Shown one piece after another: positions 18,753-29,429 of a stretch of 32,000 bases of DNA (positions within the stretch are counted from its first letter, which is position 1; each line of letters begins with the position of its first letter). The notes under the pieces are model-generated. The model searched no databases. It saw nothing but the letters and a program-made list of their open reading frames with translations, and had not been told where the DNA came from. The stretch comes from Proteiniclasticum aestuarii. GTDB lineage: Bacteria; Bacillota; Clostridia; Clostridiales; Clostridiaceae. The DNA lies in contig NZ_JAFNJU010000008.1 of NCBI RefSeq assembly GCF_017368455.1, forward strand, positions 154,758 through 186,757. Reading direction: 5' to 3'. Made by a program: the position numbers and the translations under genes.

Positions 18753-20123
18753 CTATTTCCCGATGCAGAAGTCACTGAATATTTTATCCACTAAATCTTC
18801 TGCTAGGGTATCTCCTGTTATTTCTCCAAAATAGTTCCATGCCGCATTCAGGTCAATAGCCGCCAGATCCAGAGAAATGCCCTGGTCTATGGCGCTTTTG
18901 GCCGCAGACATCTTTTCATAAGCTCGCAGAAGCGCTTCTTTATGTCTTCTGTTTGTCACCATCAGATCATTAACTTCAATGCTGCCATGAAAGAACAGAT
19001 CCTTGATCCTTTTCTTCAGCTCATTTATACCATATCCGTTCAGAGCCGATACACCTATGGTTTCTCCAAGATCCAGTCCTTGAAGATCCATTTTCTCCTG
19101 TAGATCCACTTTATTAATAAGTGTTATACTTTTTCTATTATCTATATACTTAATTATATCTTTATCTTCCTGGTCCAGCGGTCTGGAACTGTCCAGAACA
19201 AAGACGATAAGATCGGCTTCATCTATCTTTCCTTTGGATCGGTCTACACCGATTCGCTCCACAATATCTTCTGTTTCACGTATACCCGCTGTATCCGTAA
19301 TCTTGATGGGAATTCCGTCGATATTCAGGTATTCCTCAATAATATCTCTTGTAGTACCAGGTATATCCGTCACAATGGCACGGTTTTCTCTTAATAATGC
19401 ATTCAGCAGGGAACTCTTTCCTACATTCGGTTTCCCGATGATGGCTATGCTCAAGCCATCTCTCAGAATCTTTCCTTCTTCCGATGTCCGAATCAGATCC
19501 GATACTTGCAGAAGCATTCCACGAAGCTTTTCACTGACTTCCTGTCCTGTGGTGAATTCCAGATCCTCTTCTGGAAAATCCACAGTGACTTCGATGAAAG
19601 CAAGCAGATTCAGAATCTGATTCCGCAGTTCGGTAATCTCCTGAGATAGTTTACCTCCGCTCTGACTGAGGGCAGACTTCATGGAAAGCTCTGTTTTAGC
19701 ATGAATGATGTCAATGACAGCTTCTGCCTGGGACAGATCGATTCTTCCATTCAGAAAAGCTCTTTTGGTGAATTCTCCCGGTTCAGCTGGTCTGGCTCCC
19801 GCCTGGAATACAGCGTTCAATACAGACTCTGTGGCAACGCGTCCGCCATGGCAGCTGATTTCAACCACATCTTCTGCGGTGAAGCTTCTAGGCCCCTTAA
19901 AATAGCTTACAAGGACCTCGTCGATGATTTCCTCTGAGACCATATCCACCACGTGTCCATAGCTGATGGTCCATGGTTTGGCATCAAGGAAATCTTTATT
20001 GCTTTTTTGCTTAAATATCTTTGCTGTAATCTCCTTCGATCTATCACCAGATATCTTTATTATGGAAACACCGCTTTCTCCTAAAGCTGTAGAGATTGCA
20101 GCAATGGTTTCATATTCTCTCAT
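18753..20123 (-). CDS. mnmE: tRNA modification GTPase MnmE (TrmE)
   Basis: G1 motif [13 protein letters not shown]3 motif DTAGIR, NKVD, and the C-terminal FCIGK motif. GAGGAGG RBS. Confidence 0.97.
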   Translation of the reverse strand: MREYETIAAISTALGESGVSIIKISGDRSKEITAKIFKQKSNKDFLDAKPWTISYGHVVDMVSEEIIDEVLVSYFKGPRSFTAEDVVEISCHGGRVATESVLNAVFQAGARPAEPGEFTKRAFLNGRIDLSQAEAVIDIIHAKTELSMKSALSQSGGKLSQEITELRNQILNLLAFIEVTVDFPEEDLEFTTGQEVSEKLRGMLLQVSDLIRTSEEGKILRDGLSIAIIGKPNVGKSSLLNALLRENRAIVTDIPGTTRDIIEEYLNIDGIPIKITDTAGIRETEDIVERIGVDRSKGKIDEADLIVFVLDSSRPLDQEDKDIIKYIDNRKSITLINKVDLQEKMDLQGLDLGETIGVSALNGYGINELKKRIKDLFFHGSIEVNDLMVTNRRHKEALLRAYEKMSAAKSAIDQGISLDLAAIDLNAAWNYFGEITGDTLAEDLVDKIFSDFCIGK

Positions 20124-20178
20124 GGATCCTCCTCACTGCCATCAGGCAATTTTCTGGCAGGGCAACATTATCTAATAA

Positions 20179-20207
20179 ATAATATAGTTATTCCTGTTAG
20201 AATTCAA
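20179..20207 (-). promoter_or_regulatory. Candidate sigma-A promoter for mnmE-mnmG-rsmG
   Basis: On the minus strand: TTGAAT (20207-20202), a 17-nt spacer, then TATTAT (20184-20179). It lies downstream of the jag terminator. Confidence 0.45.
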
Positions 20208-20271
20208 GTAGTTTATTATCGGACTCCTCTTCACTATTTTAACTATTAGTCCGATACCTGTGTTTTTTTGT

Positions 20272-20300
20272 ACAAAAAAGCCTGAGACTGACTCAGGCTT
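20272..20300 (-). terminator. Intrinsic terminator downstream of jag
   Basis: The minus-strand RNA reads AAGCCUGAG-UCAGU-CUCAGGCUU, followed by UUUUGUAC. The T-run is part of a 16-bp perfect palindrome, TTTTTTGTACAAAAAA (20264-20279). Confidence 0.85.
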
Positions 20301-20304
20301 ACTT

Positions 20305-20937
20305 TTACTTATCCAGTTCTATAACAACTCTTCTGAATGGCTCGTCACCGACACTATGTGTAGCAATGCCTTCAATCTTCTGCAGCTTGGAATGGATGAT
20401 TCTTCTTTCATAGGGATTCATCGGTTCAAGCTTCATGGATCTTCTGTATTTCTTGACTTTATAGGCTGTCTTCTCAGCCAGTCTTTCCAATGTCTCTTCT
20501 CTCTTTTTGCGGTATCCTTCCGTATCAAGAATAACTCTTACATATTCTCCTTCACGTTTCTTGTTGACAACAAGACTGGTCAGATACTGCAGTGAATCAA
20601 GTGTTTCCCCTCGATATCCGATGACAAGACCCATCTTTGGTCCGGAAATATCAATCTTAAGCAAATTATCTTCAAGTACTGCATCCATTTCAGCGGTAAT
20701 ATCCATATTTTCAAAGATTCCTGCCAGAAACCTGGTTGCCTCTACCTTAAGGTCTCGTTCAACAGGCTTCATGGTCACTTCAATGATTGCAGGTTTGGTA
20801 CCGATTAGTCCAAGTAATCCTTTAGTACCTTCCTCAATTACTTCATATGTAATTTTATCTTCTGTCACATTCAGCTCTCTAAGAGCATTTGCAATAGCTT
20901 CTTCTACGTTTTTGCCTGAAAATTGCATACTATTCAT
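20305..20937 (-). CDS. jag: Jag/KhpB RNA-binding protein (Jag_N, KH and R3H domains)
   Basis: Jag N-terminal domain (GKNVEEAIANALRELNV), a KH-like VIGYRGETLDSLQYL, and R3H-type EPMNPYERRIIHSKL. Conserved position after yidC. Confidence 0.93.
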   Translation of the reverse strand: MNSMQFSGKNVEEAIANALRELNVTEDKITYEVIEEGTKGLLGLIGTKPAIIEVTMKPVERDLKVEATRFLAGIFENMDITAEMDAVLEDNLLKIDISGPKMGLVIGYRGETLDSLQYLTSLVVNKKREGEYVRVILDTEGYRKKREETLERLAEKTAYKVKKYRRSMKLEPMNPYERRIIHSKLQKIEGIATHSVGDEPFRRVVIELDK

Positions 20938-20970
20938 TTCAATACCACCTTACTTGGCAACAAATACCAA

Positions 20971-21663
20971 TTACTTCTCTTTTACAACAGTCTCGCTTTT
21001 CTTCTTATCAACTGCATTCAGGATCAATCCCTGTATTAGTCTGAAGGTATTTCCTGTAACCCAGTATAAACCAAGTGCAGAGTTCGATGTATAGGTAATC
21101 CATCCGAATAATGCTGCCATCATGTACTGCATCTTGTTTGCCGAAGCAGCAGCCGGATTATTCTGTCCTTTTGTCTTAAGAGTGGAAACATATGTTGAAA
21201 GCAACATGGTTCCAACAGATAATGCGGATAAGATAATATTATGGTTCGCAGACAAATCAGGGATGATCGGCGTGAAACCGAAACCGGTTAGTCTGCCGTC
21301 TGCCGCCAGCTGTCTGAACACACTGAACATCGCGATGAAAATCGGATATGTAATCAGAAGGGGAAGACATCCGCCAAACATGTTTACTCCGTTTTCCTTA
21401 TAAAGCTTCATCTGCATTTCCTGCAGCTTCTGAGGATCATTTTTGTACTTCGCCTGAATCTTTGCCACTTCCGGCTGAAGTGCCTGCTGCTTCCTCATGG
21501 TTTTCATCTGAGAAAGATTTATAGGTAACATTAGTATATTGAACAGTATTGTAAATAGCACAATTGTAAGACCCCACTGATTGCCTGGATCTGCTACAAA
21601 AAGTTCTACTACTGATTTTAACTGCTCAAATATCCAGATAAACAGTTGATTTAATTGAGACAA
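20971..21663 (-). CDS. yidC: Membrane protein insertase YidC/Oxa1 family (short Firmicute SpoIIIJ/YidC type)
   Basis: KTMRKQQALQPEVAKIQAKYKNDPQKLQEMQMKLYKENGVNMFGGCLPLLI is the conserved YidC core. TTG start at 21663, 8 nt after GGAGGT. Confidence 0.93.
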   Translation of the reverse strand: MSQLNQLFIWIFEQLKSVVELFVADPGNQWGLTIVLFTILFNILMLPINLSQMKTMRKQQALQPEVAKIQAKYKNDPQKLQEMQMKLYKENGVNMFGGCLPLLITYPIFIAMFSVFRQLAADGRLTGFGFTPIIPDLSANHNIILSALSVGTMLLSTYVSTLKTKGQNNPAAASANKMQYMMAALFGWITYTSNSALGLYWVTGNTFRLIQGLILNAVDKKKSETVVKEK

Positions 21664-21682
21664 TCCTTTTTACCTCCAAGTT

Positions 21683-21898
21683 TTATTCTACTGGATCATA
21701 CAGACTTCCCTTATATAACGGATGGCATCTGAAAATTCTTCTGATAGCCATATAGCCTCCCTTCAGTGCACCGTACTTTTCTACCGCATCTATGGCGTAG
21801 ACAGAACATGTAGGTGTGAACCTGCAGCTTGGAGGCTTGTTGGGTGAGATATACTTTCTGTAGAATCTAATTGATTTTAACAGTATTTTTTTCATCAT
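21683..21898 (-). CDS. yidD: Membrane protein insertion efficiency factor YidD
   Basis: [38 protein letters not shown] is the YidD signature. It overlaps the rnpA 3' end, as is common. Confidence 0.95.
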   Translation of the reverse strand: MMKKILLKSIRFYRKYISPNKPPSCRFTPTCSVYAIDAVEKYGALKGGYMAIRRIFRCHPLYKGSLYDPVE

Positions 21899-22244
21899 TT
21901 ACTAAACCCGCCTTTTTGAAGACGTGAATCAGCGCTTTCTCAATTTCGGAATAACTCTTGTCATGACTTGATACCCTGGCAATGATAATGAAATCATATC
22001 CTTCCTGATAACGATCTTTATTTAATCGATATGATTCACTGATCAATCTTTTAACCCGACTCCTGACTACGCTCTTTCCGACTTTTTTACTCACTGAAAT
22101 ACCGATTCTATTAAAAGGTACTCCATTAATATGGTTCTTTCTGTTTTTAAACACATACAAAACCAAAAGATTGTTGGCAAAAGATCTACCTCTCCTATAG
22201 ACTAGATGAAATTCAGAGTTCTTTCTAAGTTTTTCATGTTTCAT
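21867..22244 (-). CDS. rnpA: Ribonuclease P protein component
   Basis: [14 protein letters not shown]...[25 protein letters not shown]-like RNR motif. I prefer ATG 22244 (MKHEKLRK). The track start 22265 is a TTG. Confidence 0.94.
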   Translation of the reverse strand: MKHEKLRKNSEFHLVYRRGRSFANNLLVLYVFKNRKNHINGVPFNRIGISVSKKVGKSVVRSRVKRLISESYRLNKDRYQEGYDFIIIARVSSHDKSYSEIEKALIHVFKKAGLVNDEKNTVKIN

Positions 22245-22270
22245 GGAGAAAATCCTTTCCGACAATTACA

Positions 22271-22296
22271 GAAAAAGGCCACATTTAAGCGACCTT
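22271..22296 (-). terminator. Weak hairpin plus U-run between rpmH and rnpA; possible partial terminator or attenuator
   Basis: The minus-strand RNA reads AAGGUCGC-UUAAAU-GUGGCCUU-UUUC (8 bp including two G-U pairs) and overlaps the rpmH stop. A partial terminator at this junction is known in E. coli. Confidence 0.3.
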
Positions 22297-22429
22297 ATGC
22301 TGATAATCTTTTTCTTCCTTTAGCTCTTCTTCTCTTAAGAACGTTTCTACCATTTTTAGTAGCCATTCTCTTTCTGAAGCCGTGCTCTTTCTTACCCTGC
22401 TTCTTCTTAGGCTGAAATGTCATCCACAT
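22295..22429 (-). CDS. rpmH: 50S ribosomal protein L34
   Basis: Found by hand because it is below the track size cutoff. The minus strand translates to [44 protein letters not shown] (44 aa), the canonical L34 pattern (TFQP...HGFR.RM.T..GR.VL..RR.KGRK.LS). AAGGGGGTG RBS. Confidence 0.95.
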   Translation of the reverse strand: MWMTFQPKKKQGKKEHGFRKRMATKNGRNVLKRRRAKGRKRLSA

Positions 22430-22516
22430 GTTGACACCCCCTTCATATCAATTATTCATATTAGCTTCAGGCTCAAAAACTGCGCACTTAACCCAATACT
22501 TCGATTTTACTACACT

Positions 22517-22545
22517 ATTATACTCATGGTATCCCTAGGTGTCAA
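22517..22545 (-). promoter_or_regulatory. rpmH promoter: perfect sigma-A consensus
   Basis: On the minus strand: TTGACA (22545-22540), exactly 17 nt, then TATAAT (22522-22517). Confidence 0.75.
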
Positions 22546-22589
22546 GAAATCTATGCAAAAGTTCAAACATTGTATTTAGCCCTAGTTAT

Positions 22590-22930
22590 TGTGGATAACT
22601 TATTGAACAAGCTTGTTTCAATATGCTATTATAGAAAGGACCTGTTGATAATTAGCTGCAAAATCACCTTGTTATCCACAGCTGTGGATAAGTCTGTGCA
22701 TAACCTGTTCCTAACATGTATAAACATACCCATTAATCTCTGTTTTGTCAAGAAAGACAATGCATATCGCTATACGAACAATGTGACTTTTTTACATCGA
22801 TATGCTGTGATTAAGTCAGATAAATTGAGTTTCCAACATTATGAACAGACTCGTTTTGCCATTTATCAACACCTGTTCCAATCATCATTTACAGAAAATG
22901 AAACTGTAGATAACCTGTTAATTACCTGTT
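22590..22930. other. oriC: oriC left half: DnaA-box cluster between rpmH and dnaA
   Basis: Perfect boxes: TGTGGATAA at 22590-22598, TTATCCACA at 22672-22680, TGTGGATAA at 22683-22691. One-mismatch boxes: 22643-22651 (TGTTGATAA), 22695-22703 (TGTGCATAA), 22863-22871 (TTATCAACA), 22905-22913 (TGTAGATAA). No credible coding capacity. Confidence 0.9.
22672..22691. promoter_or_regulatory. Inverted pair of perfect DnaA boxes forming a 20-bp perfect palindrome
   Basis: TTATCCACAGCTGTGGATAA is its own reverse complement. Confidence 0.9.
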
Positions 22931-22987
22931 GATTCAGGAATTTTTATTTTATAGCAGAAAATTTATTTTATTAGGAGGACGTAATTC

Positions 22988-24337
22988 ATGGATACCCAAC
23001 TAAATGAAACCTGGGAAAAGGTACTCAAAATACTGAAGGTCGAAATCATGTCCGAGGTCAGCTACAACACATGGATTCTAGGATTGAAACCGATTGGTAT
23101 AAGAAATGGGGTATTTATGATTAGTGTTCCTAATGAACTTACCTTAGATATCATCAATCAGCGATATAAGCTTCTCTTTAAGGAATCCATCAAGCATGTA
23201 CTGAACCAGGAAATCGATGTTGACTGCGTTGTCGGAGAACTCGAAGAGGAAGAGCCTAAAAATGAAGTGAAAGAGGTCAAACCTCAGGCCAAAATCAGCA
23301 ATGATTCTTTCGGATCACTGAATTCAAAGTACACATTCGATTCCTTTGTCATCGGTAATTCCAACCGATTCGCCCATGCGGCATCTGTAGCTGTCGCTGA
23401 ATCACCGGCCAATGCCTACAATCCTCTGTTTTTATATGGTGGAGTAGGACTTGGTAAAACACATCTGATGCATGCCATAGGGCATCACATACAGGCCAAT
23501 AACCCCAGCGCGAAGGTCGTTTATGTGTCTTCCGAAAAGTTCACCAACGAACTGATCAACTCCATCAGATATGACAAGAATCTGGACTTCAGAAATAAAT
23601 ATAGAAATGTAGATGTGCTGCTTGTGGATGACATCCAGTTCATTGCAGGAAAAGAAAGTACCCAGGAAGAATTCTTCCATACCTTCAATGAATTATATGA
23701 AGCAAGAAAACAGATCATCATATCCAGTGATAGACCACCAAACGAGATTCCTACATTAGAAGACAGACTGCGAACAAGATTCGCATGGGGGCTGCAGGCT
23801 GATATCCAGGCTCCTGATTTTGAAACAAGAATAGCCATATTAAAGAAGAAAGCTGAAATAGAGAAGTATGTGGTGTCTTCTGATGTCATGGTCTATATTG
23901 CAACGAAAATCAAATCCAACATCAGAGAACTGGAAGGTGCACTCATCAGAGTCATGGCCTATTCATCCCTGACCAACAATAAGAACATCACGGTGGATCT
24001 TGCAGCAGAGGCGCTGAAGGATATCATTTCCTCCAGCCAGACCAAAGCCATTACCATTGATCTCATTCAGGATGTGGTGGCGAATTACTATAATTTATCC
24101 ATTCAGGAACTGAAATCGCAGAGACGAACCCGAAATGTATCCTACCCAAGACAGATCGCCATGTATCTTTCCAGAAAGCTTACAGACATGAGTCTGCCTA
24201 AAATAGGAGATGAATTCGGAGGTCGTGATCATACTACAGTGATTCATGCGTATGAAAAGATATCCGCTGCACTGAAAACAGATGATAGTCTGGCAAATGC
24301 AATAAAAATCATCACTAAGAAGATCAACAACCAGTAA
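22988..24337 (+). CDS. dnaA: Chromosomal replication initiator protein DnaA
   Basis: Walker [15 protein letters not shown], Walker B LLVDDIQF, and the domain IV DNA-binding motif [26 protein letters not shown]. Confidence 0.98.
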   Translation: MDTQLNETWEKVLKILKVEIMSEVSYNTWILGLKPIGIRNGVFMISVPNELTLDIINQRYKLLFKESIKHVLNQEIDVDCVVGELEEEEPKNEVKEVKPQAKISNDSFGSLNSKYTFDSFVIGNSNRFAHAASVAVAESPANAYNPLFLYGGVGLGKTHLMHAIGHHIQANNPSAKVVYVSSEKFTNELINSIRYDKNLDFRNKYRNVDVLLVDDIQFIAGKESTQEEFFHTFNELYEARKQIIISSDRPPNEIPTLEDRLRTRFAWGLQADIQAPDFETRIAILKKKAEIEKYVVSSDVMVYIATKIKSNIRELEGALIRVMAYSSLTNNKNITVDLAAEALKDIISSSQTKAITIDLIQDVVANYYNLSIQELKSQRRTRNVSYPRQIAMYLSRKLTDMSLPKIGDEFGGRDHTTVIHAYEKISAALKTDDSLANAIKIITKKINNQ

Positions 24338-24361
24338 TCAACAAAGAGTTAGAATCCCTGT

Positions 24362-24500
24362 TGGTCCACATGTGGATAAGTTTCCAGCTGAAATCTCCTG
24401 TGGACAATTGTGGATAACTCCAGAAATTAGTTCAAATTCATCCACAAGGTTTGATTCGATGATGATCCATTGTTTTCAATGTCTTTGAGGTTTATCCACA
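24362..24500. other. oriC: oriC right half: DnaA-box cluster in the dnaA-dnaN spacer
   Basis: Perfect boxes: 24371-24379 (TGTGGATAA), 24409-24417 (TGTGGATAA), 24492-24500 (TTATCCACA). One-mismatch boxes: 24399-24407 (TGTGGACAA), 24438-24446 (TCATCCACA). A two-mismatch box at 24362-24370 abuts the first perfect box, forming TCCACATGTGGA. Confidence 0.9.
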
Positions 24501-24505
24501 GAATA

Positions 24506-24556
24506 CCGGGCCCTACTACTACTAATACTATTAAATCTATTATATTATTACTATAA
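24506..24556. other. Predicted DNA unwinding module: GC cluster, DnaA-trio array, then AT-rich tract
   Basis: CCGGGCCC (24506-24513) sits 5 nt after the perfect box at 24492-24500. It is followed by CTA CTA CTA CTA ATA CTA TTA (24513-24533), which on the bottom strand reads 3'-GAT GAT GAT GAT TAT GAT AAT-5'. Then comes an essentially A+T-only stretch to about 24556. Confidence 0.7.
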
Positions 24557-24638
24557 GCAGGGGATGAGCTTATACACTGTGAACCAACCTATCCCCATGT
24601 AACATTGTTTTATTAAATGAATTCAGGAGGGTATAATC

Positions 24639-25739
24639 ATGCATTTTAGATGTCAGAAAAGAGATTTAGTTGAAGGTATTTCAACTGTACAGAAAGCCAT
24701 ACTTGGTAAATCACCCATGGCGGTATTGGAAGGAATCTATATAGAGACCGGAGATCAGGAAATCATCATGAGAGGTTCAGATATTGATCTCAGTATCGAG
24801 ACGCTGGTGGCATCCTCCATTATGGAAGAGGGAAGAATCGTTATTGATTCAAAACTATTTGGTGACATCATCAGAAAACTTCCAGATGCAATGATCGAGC
24901 TGGCAACTATGGAAAACAATACGATTCTGATATCCTGCGAGAATTCAGAGTTCAATCTTCTTTATCTGAATGCAGAAGAATTCCCCATGCTTCCTGAAAT
25001 CGGTAATAGAGAGAAGATCGCAATCAAGGAAGACACGTTCAGAAATCTTATACGAAGCACCTCATTTGCCGTAGCCCAGGATGAGTCAAGACCGATACTT
25101 ATGGGTGTTCTTTTTGAAGTGAAGAATAAAGTGCTTAATATGGTGGCTTTAGATGGTTTCAGACTCGCCATGAGAAGCGAATATCTGGAGTCCAACGAGG
25201 ATGTGTCTGTAGTCATTCCTGGAAAAACCCTCAATGAGGTATCAAAGATCCTAAGTGATAAGGATGAGGACCTGTTCATCAGTTTCAATGACAATCATAT
25301 TCTGTTTGAAATTCAGAATACCAAGATTGTCTCCAGACTGCTTTCCGGAAACTTCATCAAGTATGAGTCCATCATCCCTACGGATTACAAGTTGCAGTTT
25401 AAAGTGAAGAGAGCGCACCTGGCCCAGAGTATCGAAAGAGCATCTCTCATGGCCAAGGATGGATCTTCAAGACTGATCAAACTGAATATCGAAAACGACA
25501 GGGCTCTGATCACTTCCAACTCTCAGTTCGGTAAGGTGAAGGAAGAAGTTCCAGTATCCATGGATGGAGATGCAATTGAAATCGCATTTAATGCCAACTA
25601 TCTTCTGGATACCCTGAAGGTGATGGATGAAGAGGAAATCATCATAGAAATGACATCAGGTGTAAGTCCTGCGATCATAAGAAACAGTATCACAGACAAC
25701 TGCAAATACATGGTGCTGCCCGTTAGATTAGCGAGATAG
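24639..25739 (+). CDS. dnaN: DNA polymerase III beta sliding clamp
   Basis: 366 aa in the conserved position after dnaA. ALDGFRLA and the C-terminal MVLPVRL motifs. AGGAGGG RBS. Confidence 0.97.
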   Translation: MHFRCQKRDLVEGISTVQKAILGKSPMAVLEGIYIETGDQEIIMRGSDIDLSIETLVASSIMEEGRIVIDSKLFGDIIRKLPDAMIELATMENNTILISCENSEFNLLYLNAEEFPMLPEIGNREKIAIKEDTFRNLIRSTSFAVAQDESRPILMGVLFEVKNKVLNMVALDGFRLAMRSEYLESNEDVSVVIPGKTLNEVSKILSDKDEDLFISFNDNHILFEIQNTKIVSRLLSGNFIKYESIIPTDYKLQFKVKRAHLAQSIERASLMAKDGSSRLIKLNIENDRALITSNSQFGKVKEEVPVSMDGDAIEIAFNANYLLDTLKVMDEEEIIIEMTSGVSPAIIRNSITDNCKYMVLPVRLAR

Positions 25740-25747
25740 GAGTAAAT

Positions 25748-25960
25748 ATGGATATTAAGATAAATACGGAGTATATAAAACTGGATTCCTTTCTGAAATG
25801 GGCTGGTGTGGTTTCATTAGGTTCTGAAGCGAAGGCCTATATCCTGGAAGGACTTGTAAAAGTGAATGATGAAGTGGAGCTGAGAAGGGGAAAGAAAATA
25901 TACCCTGGAGATAAGGTGGAATTCAATGGCGAGGTTTTCACTGCAGTTTCTGAATCCTAA
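25748..25960 (+). CDS. yaaA: S4-domain RNA-binding protein YaaA
   Basis: 70 aa. IKLDSFLKWAGVVSLGSEAKAYILEGLVKVNDEVELRRGKKIYPGD is an S4 fold. Conserved dnaN-yaaA-recF order. Confidence 0.9.
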   Translation: MDIKINTEYIKLDSFLKWAGVVSLGSEAKAYILEGLVKVNDEVELRRGKKIYPGDKVEFNGEVFTAVSES

Positions 25961-25993
25961 CAGGCTATAAGATTTTCAATATGTATTGAGCCG

Positions 25994-26029
25994 TATACCA
26001 CATAGAAGGTTGGTCTTCTATGTGGTATA
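25994..26029 (+). other. 15-bp perfect hairpin / inverted repeat between yaaA and recF
   Basis: TATACCACATAGAAG (25994-26008) pairs with CTTCTATGTGGTATA (26015-26029) across a 6-nt loop. No U-run follows. The right arm contains TGGTATAAT (26023-26031), an extended -10-like sequence. Confidence 0.6.
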
Positions 26030-26050
26030 ATGTCTTGTAGGAGATTTTTA

Positions 26051-27145
26051 ATGAAAATAAGAAACATCAGTCTAATAAACTACAGAAATTACAAACAACT
26101 GAATATTGAATTAGGCAAAGATGTCAATGTATTCCAGGGAGAAAATGCGCAAGGGAAGACGAATATTCTTGAATCGATCTATTATGCCGCCTTTGGCCGT
26201 TCTCATCGAACCAACAAGGTCAAAGACCTGATCATGTGGAACGAAAAAAATGCGCAGGTAAGGGTGTATATAGAAAAAGACAGATTGGACAAGACCATAG
26301 ACATGAATCTTCTTTCCGATGGCAGAAAATCCATTTCTGTCAATAAGGTCAAACTGACGAAGATCGGTGATCTGCTTGGCGTACTGAATGTTGTCATGTT
26401 CTCTCCTGAAGATCTGAAGATCGTGAAAGAATCTCCGGGTCTTCGAAGAAAATTTCTGGATATGGAGATCAGTCAGCTGGACAAGAAGTACTATAATTCT
26501 CTGGTATCTTACAATAAAGTGCTGGCTGAAAGAAATGCGCTTCTGAAATCAAGAAGAATCGACAGAAACATTCTTGATATCTATGATGTTAAGCTGAGTG
26601 AACATGCGGATTACATTGCGAAGCAGAGAATCAATTACATCAATCTGTTGAATTCTTATGGTTATTCCATTCATAAAGAAATCACCACAAACAAGGAAGA
26701 AATCAGATATGAATACAAAAGTTCTTTTTCACTGGAAGGAAATCTCAGGGAGAACCTGAAAAAAGAACTGACCCGAAAGAGGGAAATGGATATTGAAAGA
26801 GGAACCACATCCGCAGGAATCCACAGGGATGATTTCCTGATTCTCATCAATGAAGTGGATGCAAAAGACTTCGGTTCCCAGGGACAGCAGAGAACAGCGG
26901 TGCTTACGATGAAATTCTCCTCGCTTGAAATCATCAGGAAGGTGAAAGGGGAATACCCCATACTTCTTCTGGATGATGTTCTGTCTGAACTGGATCTATC
27001 CAGAAAGAAATTCATATTGAAATCCATAGAAAACATTCAGACTGTAATTACCTGTACAGGAGTGGAAAACATCGAAGAATATCTCACAGGAAATTACAGA
27101 TTATTTAATGTCAAGAACGGTTCTATAGCAGATGGAGGTGAGTAG
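26051..27145 (+). CDS. recF: DNA replication and repair protein RecF
   Basis: MKIRNISLINYRNY..., Walker A GENAQGKTNILE, signature GSQGQQRT, and Walker B ILLLDDVLSELD. I prefer ATG 26051, 7 nt after AGGAG. The track start is 26030. Confidence 0.96.
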   Translation: MKIRNISLINYRNYKQLNIELGKDVNVFQGENAQGKTNILESIYYAAFGRSHRTNKVKDLIMWNEKNAQVRVYIEKDRLDKTIDMNLLSDGRKSISVNKVKLTKIGDLLGVLNVVMFSPEDLKIVKESPGLRRKFLDMEISQLDKKYYNSLVSYNKVLAERNALLKSRRIDRNILDIYDVKLSEHADYIAKQRINYINLLNSYGYSIHKEITTNKEEIRYEYKSSFSLEGNLRENLKKELTRKREMDIERGTTSAGIHRDDFLILINEVDAKDFGSQGQQRTAVLTMKFSSLEIIRKVKGEYPILLLDDVLSELDLSRKKFILKSIENIQTVITCTGVENIEEYLTGNYRLFNVKNGSIADGGE

Positions 27146-27406
27146 ATGTTTTTGCATCTTGGAGAAAATGTTGTGATTCCCATGAAGGATGTTATTGGGA
27201 TATTTGATGTGGAATCATCTATGTACAGTTCCGATACAAGTCAGTTTCTTCGCCTGGCGGAGGAAGATGGATTTGTGGAGAGAATTACCGATGAGAAGCC
27301 GAAATCCATTATAGTTGCAGAGATCGAGAAAAAATCGATAATCTATTTATCGCCCATTTCCTCAAAAACTCTGTCAAAAAGAACAAAACTGCGTTTAGAG
27401 GAATAG
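27146..27406 (+). CDS. remB: DUF370 protein (RemB/YaaB-like)
   Basis: MFLHLGENVVIPMKDVIGIFD...IIYLSPISSKTLSKR resembles B. subtilis RemB. Conserved recF-remB-gyrB position. Confidence 0.88.
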   Translation: MFLHLGENVVIPMKDVIGIFDVESSMYSSDTSQFLRLAEEDGFVERITDEKPKSIIVAEIEKKSIIYLSPISSKTLSKRTKLRLEE

Positions 27407-29416
<2,010 letters not shown>

Positions 29417-29429
29417 GAGGAGCGAGTAA

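Noticed and set aside
19936-19953. A CACGTG core inside mnmE (TCCACCACGTGTCCAT) as a candidate parS
   Set aside because: The flanks do not match the TGTTTC/GAAACA arms; only the central palindrome is shared.
20507-21094. A 195-aa plus-strand ORF antisense to jag and yidC
   Set aside because: It lies entirely within two well-supported minus-strand genes. Its Ser/Ile/Leu-rich, low-complexity translation is typical of the antisense frame of AT-rich coding DNA, and it has no RBS.
22570-22932. A 120-aa plus-strand ORF in the rpmH-dnaA spacer
   Set aside because: It spans the DnaA-box cluster and has no RBS. Its translation is low-complexity and hydrophobic/AT-biased, and it occupies the position where oriC lies in all related genomes.
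22937-22975. The AT-rich tract immediately upstream of the dnaA RBS as the unwinding element
   Set aside because: It lacks an adjacent DnaA-box / GC-cluster / trio arrangement. The dnaA-dnaN spacer carries the complete module, so the upstream tract is more likely promoter or UP-element DNA. This remains untested.
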